Shown piece after piece: positions 1-64,000 of a stretch of 64,000 bases of DNA. The stretch spans positions 372,001 to 436,000 of the forward strand of contig JAQGDQ010000045.1 of NCBI GenBank assembly GCA_030141605.1, read 5' to 3'. Position 1 is the first letter of the stretch; every line of letters begins with the position of its first letter. This stretch comes from Tubiluchus corallicola. Taxonomy: Eukaryota; Animalia; Priapulida. Both the position numbers and the translations under genes were made by a program. The notes under the pieces are model-generated. The model had not been told where the DNA came from and searched no databases. It worked only from the letters and a program-made list of their open reading frames with translations.

Positions 1-149
1 AATAATTTTTTTATACCTGTAAGCGTTATAGGCAGTTCCTATTTAATAGTAAATCTTTATACCAATAAGGGAAAACCATCAAGTTCTATTACCACAAATT
101 CCCTGCGCATAATGTTTTTTATAGTGTCTTAAAGATAGCAATTATTAAT

Positions 150-2595
150 TAGTTGAGGAATAATCTTAATGTGCCGTAACACTTTCACCAGAACCAAAGA
201 TTTTAAAGTTGTTTTAGATTGCGGTCCGAGTGGCACAGAAAAAACTCTAGCCTGGGTTACCCTCTTCAAAATGTCAGCAGATTTATAGGGGTGCCAATTT
301 GGCCAAACTTCAAAAATGCACAAATCCTATTAAAATGGATATCAAATTACTCGTCTAGTCACTTAGAATGAAAAATATATAGTTTGTTCTAGCTGTGACT
401 TTTCGTTAGGTCACTAAGACTGCACATTGGATATGGTCAATGCACTTACGATCAAAGGTCAAATTTTCCTATAACGTTAGGATTAACCGATTTGAAAGAA
501 CTTTGTAATTAATCATACATTTTTTGGTATGACAAATTCAACTGAACACCTTCAAGAATACAGACCAGCCTGAAGTTACCATTTTTAACAAAAAAGGTCA
601 AACTCTTTAAAAGTATAATATACATTCTTTGATACCAAAGTCGTTCACAGTATCTACGAGCTTTACTCGTTGACAGATTTGCTAGAATCAGACAAATCAC
701 TACAGTTGCCAATATCCGAATTGGTAGGCAAGTCACTGTAGTTACCAGTATCCGAAACGGCGTCAGTTTCATGAGTGCCACCAGCGACTGCTAGAGTTAA
801 GTTAGTGAGGCAGAGCAGGGCGTATATATTGTGCAGATGCATATTTTCCTTGTTCATACACCAATTATGTTGTAGAGGTGCTGGAGTATCACCTGGATTC
901 TTAAAGTTCAACAAGATGAAGACTTGGTAATTGGTTCTGGTAACCTTCATGTTGTGGAATCACTAAAAGATAGTATTTTTAGGGCAGATTTTTTTCTTCA
1001 TTGCTTCCCACTTCCTTGCTCGAGTTTTTACAACTGTCTTGCTAGTTTTGTGCGTGTCTATATAATCGTGAACTGTTCCATGTCAGCCTGTATGTATGTT
1101 GTTATTGGAAGTTTTTTCCCCAAGTTCTTGGAGCAACTTTCGAGCTTCCTCTAACCTCATAGATAGACTGCTTCTCATCACCCTAGAAACTAGAGATGGC
1201 ATCTACGTCAGTATGATTATTGGAACGGGCAATTGTATAAGTAATATCTGCACTGCATAGTGTCATACAATCATAAGCAGCCCCTTTTCTGTTTATGCAC
1301 TGTTTATTTGATATGACGAAGTTGCAAAGACCATAATACCAATATCTTCTGCTTCGACCACAACAACATCTTCAAGTCCAAATTTTCTGTGTTGAGAATA
1401 TATGCATAGAAGAATAGTGCCGATTCCATGTGTTTGCATTAAACTCTTCCATCTCCACATCAATTTTCAAGTCCCAACGAAATATGAAACGCTTCTCTGG
1501 ACGTTGCAATGACAGAGAAATTCAAAAAATGGCTGTACCCGAATTTACAAGAATGTTGAACTCGTTTTTAACATGCTTTAAGGATGGCAGTTTATCGTCT
1601 CTTTTTATGAAGTATTTCATCATCACTAATGAAAGACAATCCTAAAAGCCATTGATGTTCAGTGTCCTTGACATTTAGGTGCAGGTCATATGGATCATTT
1701 AAAAAATTATCTTGGAAATCTTTGGGTGACGAGCTAACGCAGGATTAAAACTTTGTTGACATATAATCACCCTAAGTAAATTGTTTACTATCTTGCTTCT
1801 CCCTCACATCATGGAGTGCTGAGACATTAAATTAAGCCCGTGTCTACTTCAAGCTTAGTAGTTATCGTGCAGGTCTACTTCAACAGATATTTGAGCTTGC
1901 CAACTAACTTTGATTTCATTCCTTTCACAGTGTTCCATTCACACTGAATATTGGAGCATTCATCAGTAACATCAGTGCTACTCTTGCTTAAGACTACTCA
2001 ATTGTAACGTGGCTGGTGGCACTTATGAATCTGATAACTTTTCGGATACTTGGTAACTATGAATACTTGTCTGAGTCTAGTGAATCTGACAATGAGCACG
2101 AACTCGGGACAACTTAGGCATTGTACATTGTACACTTATGTAGCCTGACATAATGGTGAATTTTTGTTCAAAATCATAATTTCAGGCTTAAGATTGCCTC
2201 TTTCATTTTTCAAAGTTGTGTTACATCAAAAAATGTATGATGAGGTTCAAAATATGTTAATACCAATGTCATGAGAAAATTTAACTTTTAACTAAAATGC
2301 TTTGACCTTATCAAATTTGCTGTAATAGTGCATAAGAAAAAGTCAGAGATAAGTCAAACTACATTTTTTATTTATTATGACAAGACGAATAATTTGATAT
2401 CACTAGGATTCGTGTATTTTTGAAATATGGACCTCATTGACCCCCTTCGCCCCCTCCCCACAACAAAAATTGCTGACATCTTAAAGAGGGTAGTCGAAGC
2501 TATACTTTTTCAGTGCCATTCGAGCAGTCTATAACAAGTTTCAAACCTTATTCTAGTGAAAGTATCACGGAACATTAAGAATTATTCCTTTACTA
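150..2595 (-). mobile_element. Degenerate AcademX-like DNA transposon (internally deleted), long TIRs, 3-bp TSD
   Basis: Arms ~150-790 and ~2010-2595 are diverged inverted copies (roughly 70% by eye). Termini are TAGTTGAGGAATAAT...ATTATTCCTTTACTA, flanked by AAT (147-149 and 2596-2598). Minus-strand relics HGIGTILLCIYSQ..VVVEAEDIG (~1430-1325), HTDVDAISSF*GDEKQSIYE (~1215-1156), RARKWEAMKKK and RTNYQVFIL..PLQHNW resemble the XPG/H3TH-like nuclease region of Academ proteins. TAG termini and 3-4 bp TSDs are known Academ traits. Confidence 0.7.
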
Positions 2596-3029
2596 AATAT
2601 AAAGTTGGCTAGTTCATATCATTGACCCGGGGAAAAACTTGCTCTTGTAAAAAAAACTTCGTTTGCTTATGTCATCCATGTAAATGATTGCAGTGATGTA
2701 AGATAGGAAGTAAAAAGAATGCCCCGCAAAATGAAGTCACTGGTCTGTTTATCTGGGACGCGAAAAACTTTCCTGCGGAAAATTCCTCCTGTGTCTCTGT
2801 CTGTGTGTGATATGTGTCTTTGTTCCCACACTCAGTTGGTTGGGAGTTTGGGGCGTTGCCATTACACACGCACACATCTGTAGGGTTCAGTATTGGCACC
2901 CAAGCTCTTCAACAACACGCAGATGCATGACAACAATGAAAAATCACCCAGGTGTATATGACTCACAGCAGGACACGATGACATCATTACCGTATACGTT
3001 GATTTTCTATACTTTGACTGACCTTATCA

Positions 3030-3273
3030 AAATTATAAATGGCACGGCAGCCTTCTCACTGCTACAGGTTTCATGCTACTCGACTTCGCAACAGGTTGCA
3101 CGCACAAATCGATAACCGTGTGAGACGACTCCCCTGCCAAAGCTTCGGCAGTCCGGGCTTCAGTTAGTATCTGTTGAGTGGCACTGATGTAAGGTGACAA
3201 CTGTAACCGTTATCCGTGTTTAAACATTTGCGATGCGCTAATAGGATTTTCCTCATTAACTGTACCGGTAAGT
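3030..3273 (+). promoter_or_regulatory. Candidate promoter and non-coding first exon of the K+ channel gene
   Basis: Locally CpG-enriched. TATAAAT at 3034-3040, Inr-like TCAGTT at 3160-3165, strong donor CCG|GTAAGT at 3268. The ATG exon has its own acceptor at 10586, which implies an upstream UTR exon. The link to this region is inference only. Confidence 0.3.
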
Positions 3274-5710
3274 CTATATACGTAATTTCAGCTAGATTTT
3301 CTGAATTTTAGATGCTCACAGATTTGACTGGATATGAAACACACACACATCAAAAGTAAACAATCGAATCGTCACTTTTTTGCATCTAAGACCACACAAA
3401 GTAGAAAACATTGTTTCAAAAACAATTTTGTTTTTGTTCTCATTTTTAATTTGTCATGATTGATTAATTTGTTTGAAAATGTGAAACACCTAGACAATTT
3501 TAATCACCATAAATAAAGTGCAGTTTAATCACGTGCGCATAACCTTACGTCATCATCTGTTAATATTAAGTATGTTAATTCTACTAGCATTAGCGAAAGA
3601 AAAGACCCTGGTAGTAACTATTCTTACTAGTTATCAAAAGATGTCAAAAAACGCCCTTCTTTATGTTGTGACTTTCTTTTGAACAACGATGGTACTACTT
3701 GCCCTAGAACTTAGAAGGTCTCGAGGTTGTTTTGGTAGCCTTTGCCTCTCTGACGCAATTTAGCGAGTTGTCCTAACAAACTGATGCCGTATTGGAACTG
3801 TTTTATTTAATTACATGAAAGTTATTATAATATGCTGAGACAATAGTCATTATAAAGTGATATACGATTACGCTTGATGCATTTTCGGTTTGAAAACTGA
3901 AAACAAATATCACAAATGAAAACTTTTGCATAACAGTAATTTGTGAGCAGTAAAAAATGGCAAGCACCTTGTACAAAATCCTACACGCATCGCATACAGT
4001 TCTGTCACAAATGGAATTGCCATATAGTGACATTTGCCATTATAAATGTGCGACATACGAAACTCTTACTGTCACCTTTGTAAATCATATAGGCTATTAT
4101 AAAGAAAAAAACGACAAAAACATATGGTAACTGCTAGCGCCATGCAATCTTAACAAAGATATGGCTACATCATAAGAGCAAGTATTGGGGCATGAAGACC
4201 TTTTGGCGCCACCTGTTGAAAAGAAAGAGTAGTGACTAAACGTTCATGCCTTTGAAAACTGCAATGAATCGATCTTTCATTATTATCTTTTAACGCGTCG
4301 TGGTGTGTACGGCTACAATACTGGTTTACGTTGCTCTTTAATTTCTTCTGTGCGTAGAAGCAAGAAACGCTGGGAATGTTGTAATTGAAATTCCTTGGGA
4401 AGCCAGAAACTGGTACAATGAGCCATATGAACACGTCTTAATAGCCATCAGCAACGCAAGTTTATGGCAGGAGTGGAAGACAGAAGAACGCGCAAAAAAT
4501 GGAAAGACACGTCGTTCAAAAGAAGTAAATTTTGGCATTAATTTCTTGGCGGCCATGATTATACTAATTGCTGGTATGCAGTGCCCATAAACATGCTCCC
4601 GAATACACTTATACGCATGCTATATTTCTGGTGTTTGTTGTAAAAAGTAAAACGAATTTTTACATTTGCTTCTACATTTGCAACTGCTATAAAGGGCTTC
4701 ACAAGATCATTCATTGGATCCGGTGTGACTTCAGAAAATTGCCATTGTCTTCTTATTAGCTAACATTTTTTTACAACGTGTTTCCCGTTTAAACTTAATA
4801 TTTCACATCTGCTCCTCTTTTGCACAACTGCCTCTGATGCTTTTTCGCCAGGTGTTGGTGCATTAGACCTGTTACATGAATCGTCAGCAGACGGCTATAT
4901 AGGGAATGGAACCGTTGCCGTGGACATGGTGCGCGCTTAGTGATCAAAGTTAAGCAACACTGGTGACCACCGGGAAATTTGCCTCTGTACAGTTTTATCA
5001 GTATACGCCATGAAATTACTTAATTCGTTGAGGGAGGACATATAATATACCATAATTATAGGCAACACGTTGCAGTAACTAAATGAAGTTCAACGTAAAG
5101 ATAATCGCTAATACAGTTATAAGCACAATTAATTTAGCTTAGAATTTACCTACTTCAACATTATCATATATTGTATTGTATAATATTAGCTACAGTGGCT
5201 TTATTAACCACCTTAAAATGAATTTTACTAAAATGCCGTAGAAAGAGGAAGGGCACTATTCACGAGGAACTTGATAAACACCATATTTGCCAATGACTAT
5301 TTGCTAAGGTTAATTAAATTAATAGCTACAACAGTTACACCCGTGCAGCTAAAGAGTGACGTGTTAATCTTAGATTATATTGGATTTCTTGTTTGGGCAA
5401 AATATAAAGTATTTTCACTGGTTTCTCGCGTATTTATAAGAAAATGAAAGTTTATAATCAACCTTTGCACGGACTTTCAGTTACTCAATGAATATATGTA
5501 CTGTAACATGAGTCTGTATTGACACAGCATTTATTAAAGAAACTGATCAACTACGATCCTATAATCCACACACTTACACGGACTGAATGACTTATGGCTG
5601 TCTAGCTGGCCTCGTTGTCTGACTAACTGGCTCAGTCCGCTTCTTTGACTGGCAGGTGAGGCCATAATTATTTGACGTGAGCCACTAAAGGGTTGGGACT
5701 GGCAAGCTGG

Positions 5711-5720
5711 CTGACTGACA

Positions 5721-5755
<35 letters not shown>

Positions 5756-5756
5756 A

Positions 5757-5787
<31 letters not shown>

Positions 5788-5900
5788 TGACTGACTGACT
5801 GACTGACTGACTGACTGACTGACTGACTGACTGACTGACTGACTGACTGACTGACTGACTGACTGACTGACTGACTGACTGACTGACTGACTGACTGACT
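5711..5900. repeat. (GACT)n microsatellite
   Basis: About 47 near-perfect GACT units; explains the SQSV ORF. Confidence 0.97.
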
Positions 5901-6379
5901 GGACTGTATGACTGACTATGTGAAGTGCAGATGATCTGTGACAATTTGTTGCTATTTTCTCTGCATCACATATAATTAAACCATCATAGTTTTTCGTACC
6001 ACCATGAAATTTATGTGTGTAAATTTCTATAACAATGTGATGCTTTAGTATGAAGTGATTCTTTACATATATATGTGTGTGTGTGTGTGGAGCAAATATT
6101 TATTACATATTTAAATTAATGATCTTGTCTTCAGATAATCTACGAGCTGTTGTGACATTGATCTTTCTTCCTTAATACCCTAATGTTAGTGAACATTAAG
6201 CCAGCCAATTTAGCATTACCAAAACTTTGCTGTTGCACGCACCCACGCGCACACATATACACACAAACGCGCGCACACACACATATATATGTAAAGAATC
6301 ACTTCATACTAAAGCATCACATTGTTATAGAAATTTTGAATTGTAAGGTTTTATTGGTATTACAAAATGTCATCGCCTC

Positions 6380-6918
6380 AAACCGGATGATTGTTTAGAC
6401 TCAATCTCATTTTAATTTACTGTCCAAAATGTACATTTTCTTGCCTATAAAAGTTAGCAATTTTTTCTTAAATTTGAAAAATTAGCTTAGAAAGTTAATT
6501 AACGACAACCGAACACAGCTATTGCTTACGTCAGAAACTAACCACAGTTTGTGCAATGGCAGGCATCTTCCCTTGAGCTACAAGTACGTTAGCGTAAGTG
6601 TTACAGTATTGCTTAAACGCGTGATGTCACGAAAATGCGCTCTACGTCATATGACGTCAGAAACTTAAAGTGCAGTTCATAATCATCGTTATCACGGTGC
6701 CGCCTTCTATTTGTCGGCCATGTGCATGTAACAAAAAGGCGCCGCTGCCAATCTTAGTAGATTCACTGAGACGCGCGTAGCTTTGAAACTTTAACAAAAT
6801 TTGAGTATATGAGGTAATTATTATTTAACCTAAGCTTTGATTTCAAAAAGTTATAGCAATTTTCAATATTTTACAGCAACTGAACTAATAATTACACAAT
6901 CGTCCGATTTTCCTTTAA
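6380..6918 (+). mobile_element. TTAA-ended non-autonomous DNA element, family A copy 1 (Kolobok/CryptonA-like)
   Basis: Homologous over ~500 bp to the reverse complement of 57589-58094. Short TIR AAACCGGATGATTG...CAATCGTCCGATTTTCCTTTAA. Superfamily is inferred from the TTAA ends only. Confidence 0.75.
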
Positions 6919-6956
6919 GTAACAGCGGAGGCGTGTTGATTTTCTAGCAGTCTCTT

Positions 6957-7462
6957 ATCAGAGGGAGAAAAGAGAATTTAGAGATACGCTAAAATGTTAA
7001 CTATAAAGTTATGTTACTTAGAATTATGCTTATTTGTTTGAAAGGCTTATGTAACAGGTAAAGAAAATTCATGGTAATTTAAAATTTTTTTAGCGCCAAC
7101 TGATAAAACGTCGCTATATTACCATCACAGTGTGCACTACTGGCTTACCAAAAATATATTGTTAATCTTATTGACAACATAAAGTAATGCTTTTGTAATA
7201 AAGTAACTTTTGCTTAGTTAGTGAAGAGTGTGCTCTGATTGCTTATTAAAAATTTACGCAGTGTTGTCTAAACTTGTTTTAAACGACTTAGCGTCAAAAT
7301 GGCTGCGATTATGGCGGTCATTTTGCGTCTAACACAAGAATTTACATTTATAAGTTCTATATAGGGCAAACGCAAACTCTGTAATAAGATAGCATGCAAG
7401 TCATAAATAATTTCAAAACGAATTTTCAAAACTTTATTTATCAATCGAGTTTTCTTCCTTAA
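6957..7462 (+). mobile_element. TTAA-ended non-autonomous DNA element, family B copy 1
   Basis: Colinear with the reverse complement of 25445-26009 (shared blocks TGTTTGAAAG.CTTATGTAAC, GCGCCAACTG, CTTAGTTAGTGAAG). Ends CTTCCTTAA. Confidence 0.65.
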
Positions 7463-8762
7463 ACGTTTTATATGACGATAAGTGTTTCAGTACATTTAAT
7501 TATTTACGTCATCAATGATATTTATGTAGTTTACATTCAAGACTTTGTATAAGGTCGTAATATATATTTACATAATATCTCTCCCTTCCAGAGCCAGCAG
7601 GTGAGTCCAACCAAATATTCTACTACTACTGGTGGGTAACAGCTCCTTTCTGTATTCGACATTTATAGTCTGAAGCGGAGTTAAAACTTATACGACTTCG
7701 TAGACAGCTCATGTGTCTGTACGTATGAATAAAATTGCAAAGCTGCGCATGAGGTGTAGGTACATATACTCTCAGATTGATTCAATGGATGATGACTGTG
7801 TGCATGGCATGCTATGTACGACCATTTTACCTTGTAGCAATGCATTCTAGATCCGCTTTTAGGGGGAGAACTACCATTTTGATCTTGATCACATGTCGAA
7901 GAAATGTCCGCTAGTCAATAAATCCCGGCTAGCCGCTTGTATCGCGTGACGACAATTTTATGCTTTCCCAAAAGTAAAGACATTTTCTAATTTAAAGCCA
8001 GAACGTAAAATGTTTATGTGAATTTCGTCACATAAAACTGAGCGTGTGTAGGTAGAGGAATGAAGATTAAATTGGCTTTTATTTAAACGCGAGATTTTAT
8101 TTGGCGAGTTTTCTGTAAAGTCTAGCTGTTGATTTTCTGTCTGAACTTTTGTTTGCCTTTATTCAGTAAATCCAGTACATCATGTACGATTACAAATATC
8201 CCACATTTTCTTGATGATGATGCTGGAGTGCAATTGAAACGTCATTTGAATAAAAAAGTATAAAAAACTCCTTTTATTGTGGGATAATTTTTTTTATTAA
8301 TAATTTGAAAACTTTACCAACTCTGACTGTTCCTGTATGAAAACACATTTCGGTTAACATTAGCGCGGATTTTACCTAACTGAAACAGAAACATTTTTTT
8401 ATTTCAATTATATCTACTTTCTCTTGATACTCTACAAATATAGAGATTATGACGCAACGCAATACAGGATGAGGCTACACCAGTTTTCCAAAAAAAAAAC
8501 ACTCAGTGTAGTCAGTTGTCATTAATTTTGTATTTTGCAATTCACTGTGCTCACTTTTTTATAAACAATAAGAGGAAAACAGTCTTTTTGTAGTGTATTT
8601 CCCAAAATACACAGTTAGCATTATTTGCCTCAACAAATATCTTATATGCAGCGTTACTAATTTAGAAAAATTATAGCTTAAATAAAGCTATCCAGCCAGT
8701 TGACTCTGCGTCACTCAGCTGGCCTACTGTTGGCGAATTAAAAATCCCTTACGGTCACTGTA

Positions 8763-9318
8763 AGGCCTAGTCCGGACTCCACGAAAGGCTCCAGCTTTAT
8801 CAATGATTCACCAACGCTGCTTCTCAAGAGGACTTTTATGTTATAAATCTCCATAAACCTCGCACTGAAACTCAATTATCATTTGCTCTTGAATTGGTTA
8901 CTTCTGGAAATGCTAAACATTCATCATTCTTGTAGTCCCTTTATTGCGGATGTCCGTTCTTTGTGCAAATTTTCAGTACTGCTGCAAGAACACGAGTCCA
9001 ATCCTGAAGATTTATTTGAGGAATTGCATATACACATGTTCTCCCATCTGACAATTATTTACTGAAACACTGTCAGCCTTAATCGAGACGGTTTCAATTT
9101 ATTTCTGCTAACAAATGAAATACACTTCTGTCCTAAAATGCCACAAATTATGAGTCAGAGTAAGCGGCACTGCAATGGAATTCTACATCATATGTTTCTG
9201 ACATTTTAATGATTCTATACTTTTTGTGTTGCACTTTGGCTTCTTAGTTTTTGTTTATCGGGCTTGCAGGTTGGTCGAATTCTGGTGAGATTTTTTTTCT
9301 TAACTCAGAACTTAGGCA
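8763..9318 (-). mobile_element. Possible PIF/Harbinger-derived relic
   Basis: AGGCCTAGTCCGGACT...TCAGAACTTAGGC resembles Harbinger TIRs. Minus-strand DIRNK/DYKN fragment is reminiscent of a MADF/Myb-SANT domain. Very decayed. Confidence 0.3.
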
Positions 9319-10622
9319 TGCTCTAATCGAAACACATCGTTATAAAGTCAATATTTAACGGTACAGCGTAGGCTGAAAGTTAGAAGAAATATTTGGAACT
9401 CGAACAGCTGCACGAGTTTTGTTGCAGGCAAAAATTAATTAAGACAAAAACGGATTATATATTGATTCGGTGTCAGTCCCAAATTGAAAAAAAAACATGC
9501 CCGTAAAACACGAATTTTAGCCTTGAAGACTGCTAGTGATCAGGTAGAGTAGGTTAAGTAACTCACGAAGAATGTAGACAGAGACTTTAAAGCTAGATTA
9601 GCAACATCAGAGTCGAGTGTAGATGGCAGCATAGTAATAAAAACACGTGGCAGAAGAGAAAATTGAAACTGTCAGGACTCAACGGCATATTTGGCTATAC
9701 AATGAAGTCATGCTATGAAAAAAATAGTCAGAAACATGGTCAAACCAACTCTTTGCCAAAACAGGATTAACCAACTTGCTCATCACTCCACAATCCAAAG
9801 CTTCTGTTCTCTAGTATGATAATGTTTGCAACCACGTATAAATCATTTCTAACATTTATAATATCGCTCTGCAGAAACTTCTGCGACAGCAGATTTTGAA
9901 ATCGAAGCTTTCCGGTCGCAGTTAGCGTGATGTCAATATTATCAAATGGCATATAAGGTCATGCTCTATAGTTTGAAGGGCGTTAACTACAAAACCGTCA
10001 ATAATTTGTTAAAATTCCCGTCTAACAGCGCAAAATCCCTGCCTGTTTGTTTAAATCCTGTTTGCTAAAAAACGTCTGATCACTAAAGTCTATAGCGAAG
10101 ACGATGACAGTCGTTGATTGGTATTCTTGAGACTGTGCTGATGCGAAAACAGTATTTTTAAACAATACTCTTTTGACATTCAGTTAATACTGCATTGTAT
10201 TGAGTCATATTTGTTAATGGTCACTTTTGTTTGACTGAGCTGGATTCAAGTTTAGAAAAGCATGAATATACCGCATAGGCAAATGTTTATTGATGTCCAG
10301 CACGTGTTTCGATCTGCACACGGTTTCATCAAGGACCATGCATCTTGACATAATCAGGACAGACGGGATTTTAGTCCACGAAGAAGCACTATGCAGGGCG
10401 AAACACGTGTTGGACATTTGTCAATGGCACTGCAGCAGGTATTTAATTAGTAATACTACATAAGTTTCACAGTGTGCTAAAATTACTACAAAAATTACAT
10501 ACTAAAATTTTTGAATCGCATTCCTAAATTATCAAAATTAAAAGAAATTGTTCCTTCTATTACAAAAGTTTATTTTTTTCTTGCAGCTGTTAGGGAATAT
10601 CAGCAACTAGCGGAATTAAGTC

Positions 10623-63544
<52,922 letters not shown>

Positions 63545-64000
63545 GTAATGCTCAAACTTTAACTAATTTTCAGTAACTTAGAAGAATTAAAGAAGGCGGA
63601 ACTAATGTAGTTTTTCTAGAAATTTTGAGCATTAAATAACCATACCGGCACACAGACAAAGTGAAAGTAGTACGTTTATTTCTTAGTAAATTTAATATAT
63701 TATTCACAAATTCATGATCGATCTACGAGAACGCCATATTTCCTTTCTGCTGGCGTGAGAAGTGGTTAAGAAAATATATTGTAACGTCATTTAAATAATA
63801 ATGAGTCATTTTCTACTATCTTCATAGAGTGAAAAAAATTATGTCATAGTCACGAGGGTTATACCACAGAAGTAAGAGTTATATCACAGACGTATATGGT
63901 CGCAACTATTTCATATAGTATTTTTGGGCGACCTAATATCACAAGGCGTAATATGCAGTGTTTCATTGATTGCTACTTTAAGTCTTTCTGTGGATACCAG

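Noticed and set aside
4940-4980. 5S rRNA-like fragment (GATCAAAGTTAAGCAAC..GGTGACCACCGGGAA)
   Set aside because: Too short and gapped; at most a SINE relic.
5534-5944. 136-aa SQSV-repeat ORF
   Set aside because: Translation of the (GACT)n microsatellite.

Overview
AT-rich invertebrate (metazoan) genomic DNA. The window is dominated by the 5' half of one gene on the + strand: an Elk/Kv12 (KCNH8/4/3-type) EAG-family voltage-gated K+ channel. Seven coding exons splice in frame (10623-63544, 341 codons: PAS-cap, PAS, PAC, linker, S1-S3) and the gene runs off the right edge. Intron 1 is 40.5 kb. It holds a complete antisense BEL/Pao LTR retrotransposon (29071-34289) with identical 383-bp LTRs, ATGAC TSD and tRNA-Tyr PBS but a broken ORF, plus many MITEs, LINE/SINE relics and an E-box-rich 49-bp minisatellite. 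Intron 2 holds an intact antisense nested two-exon GNAT/YitH-type acetyltransferase gene (290 aa) and a Helentron-like non-autonomous element. A decayed AcademX-like DNA transposon with ~600-bp TIRs lies at 150-2595. I see no compelling wholly new system. The best leads are the nested acetyltransferase, the young but dead BEL element, the E-box array and several fold-back structures. All calls come from reading the sequence by eye; no database searches were run.
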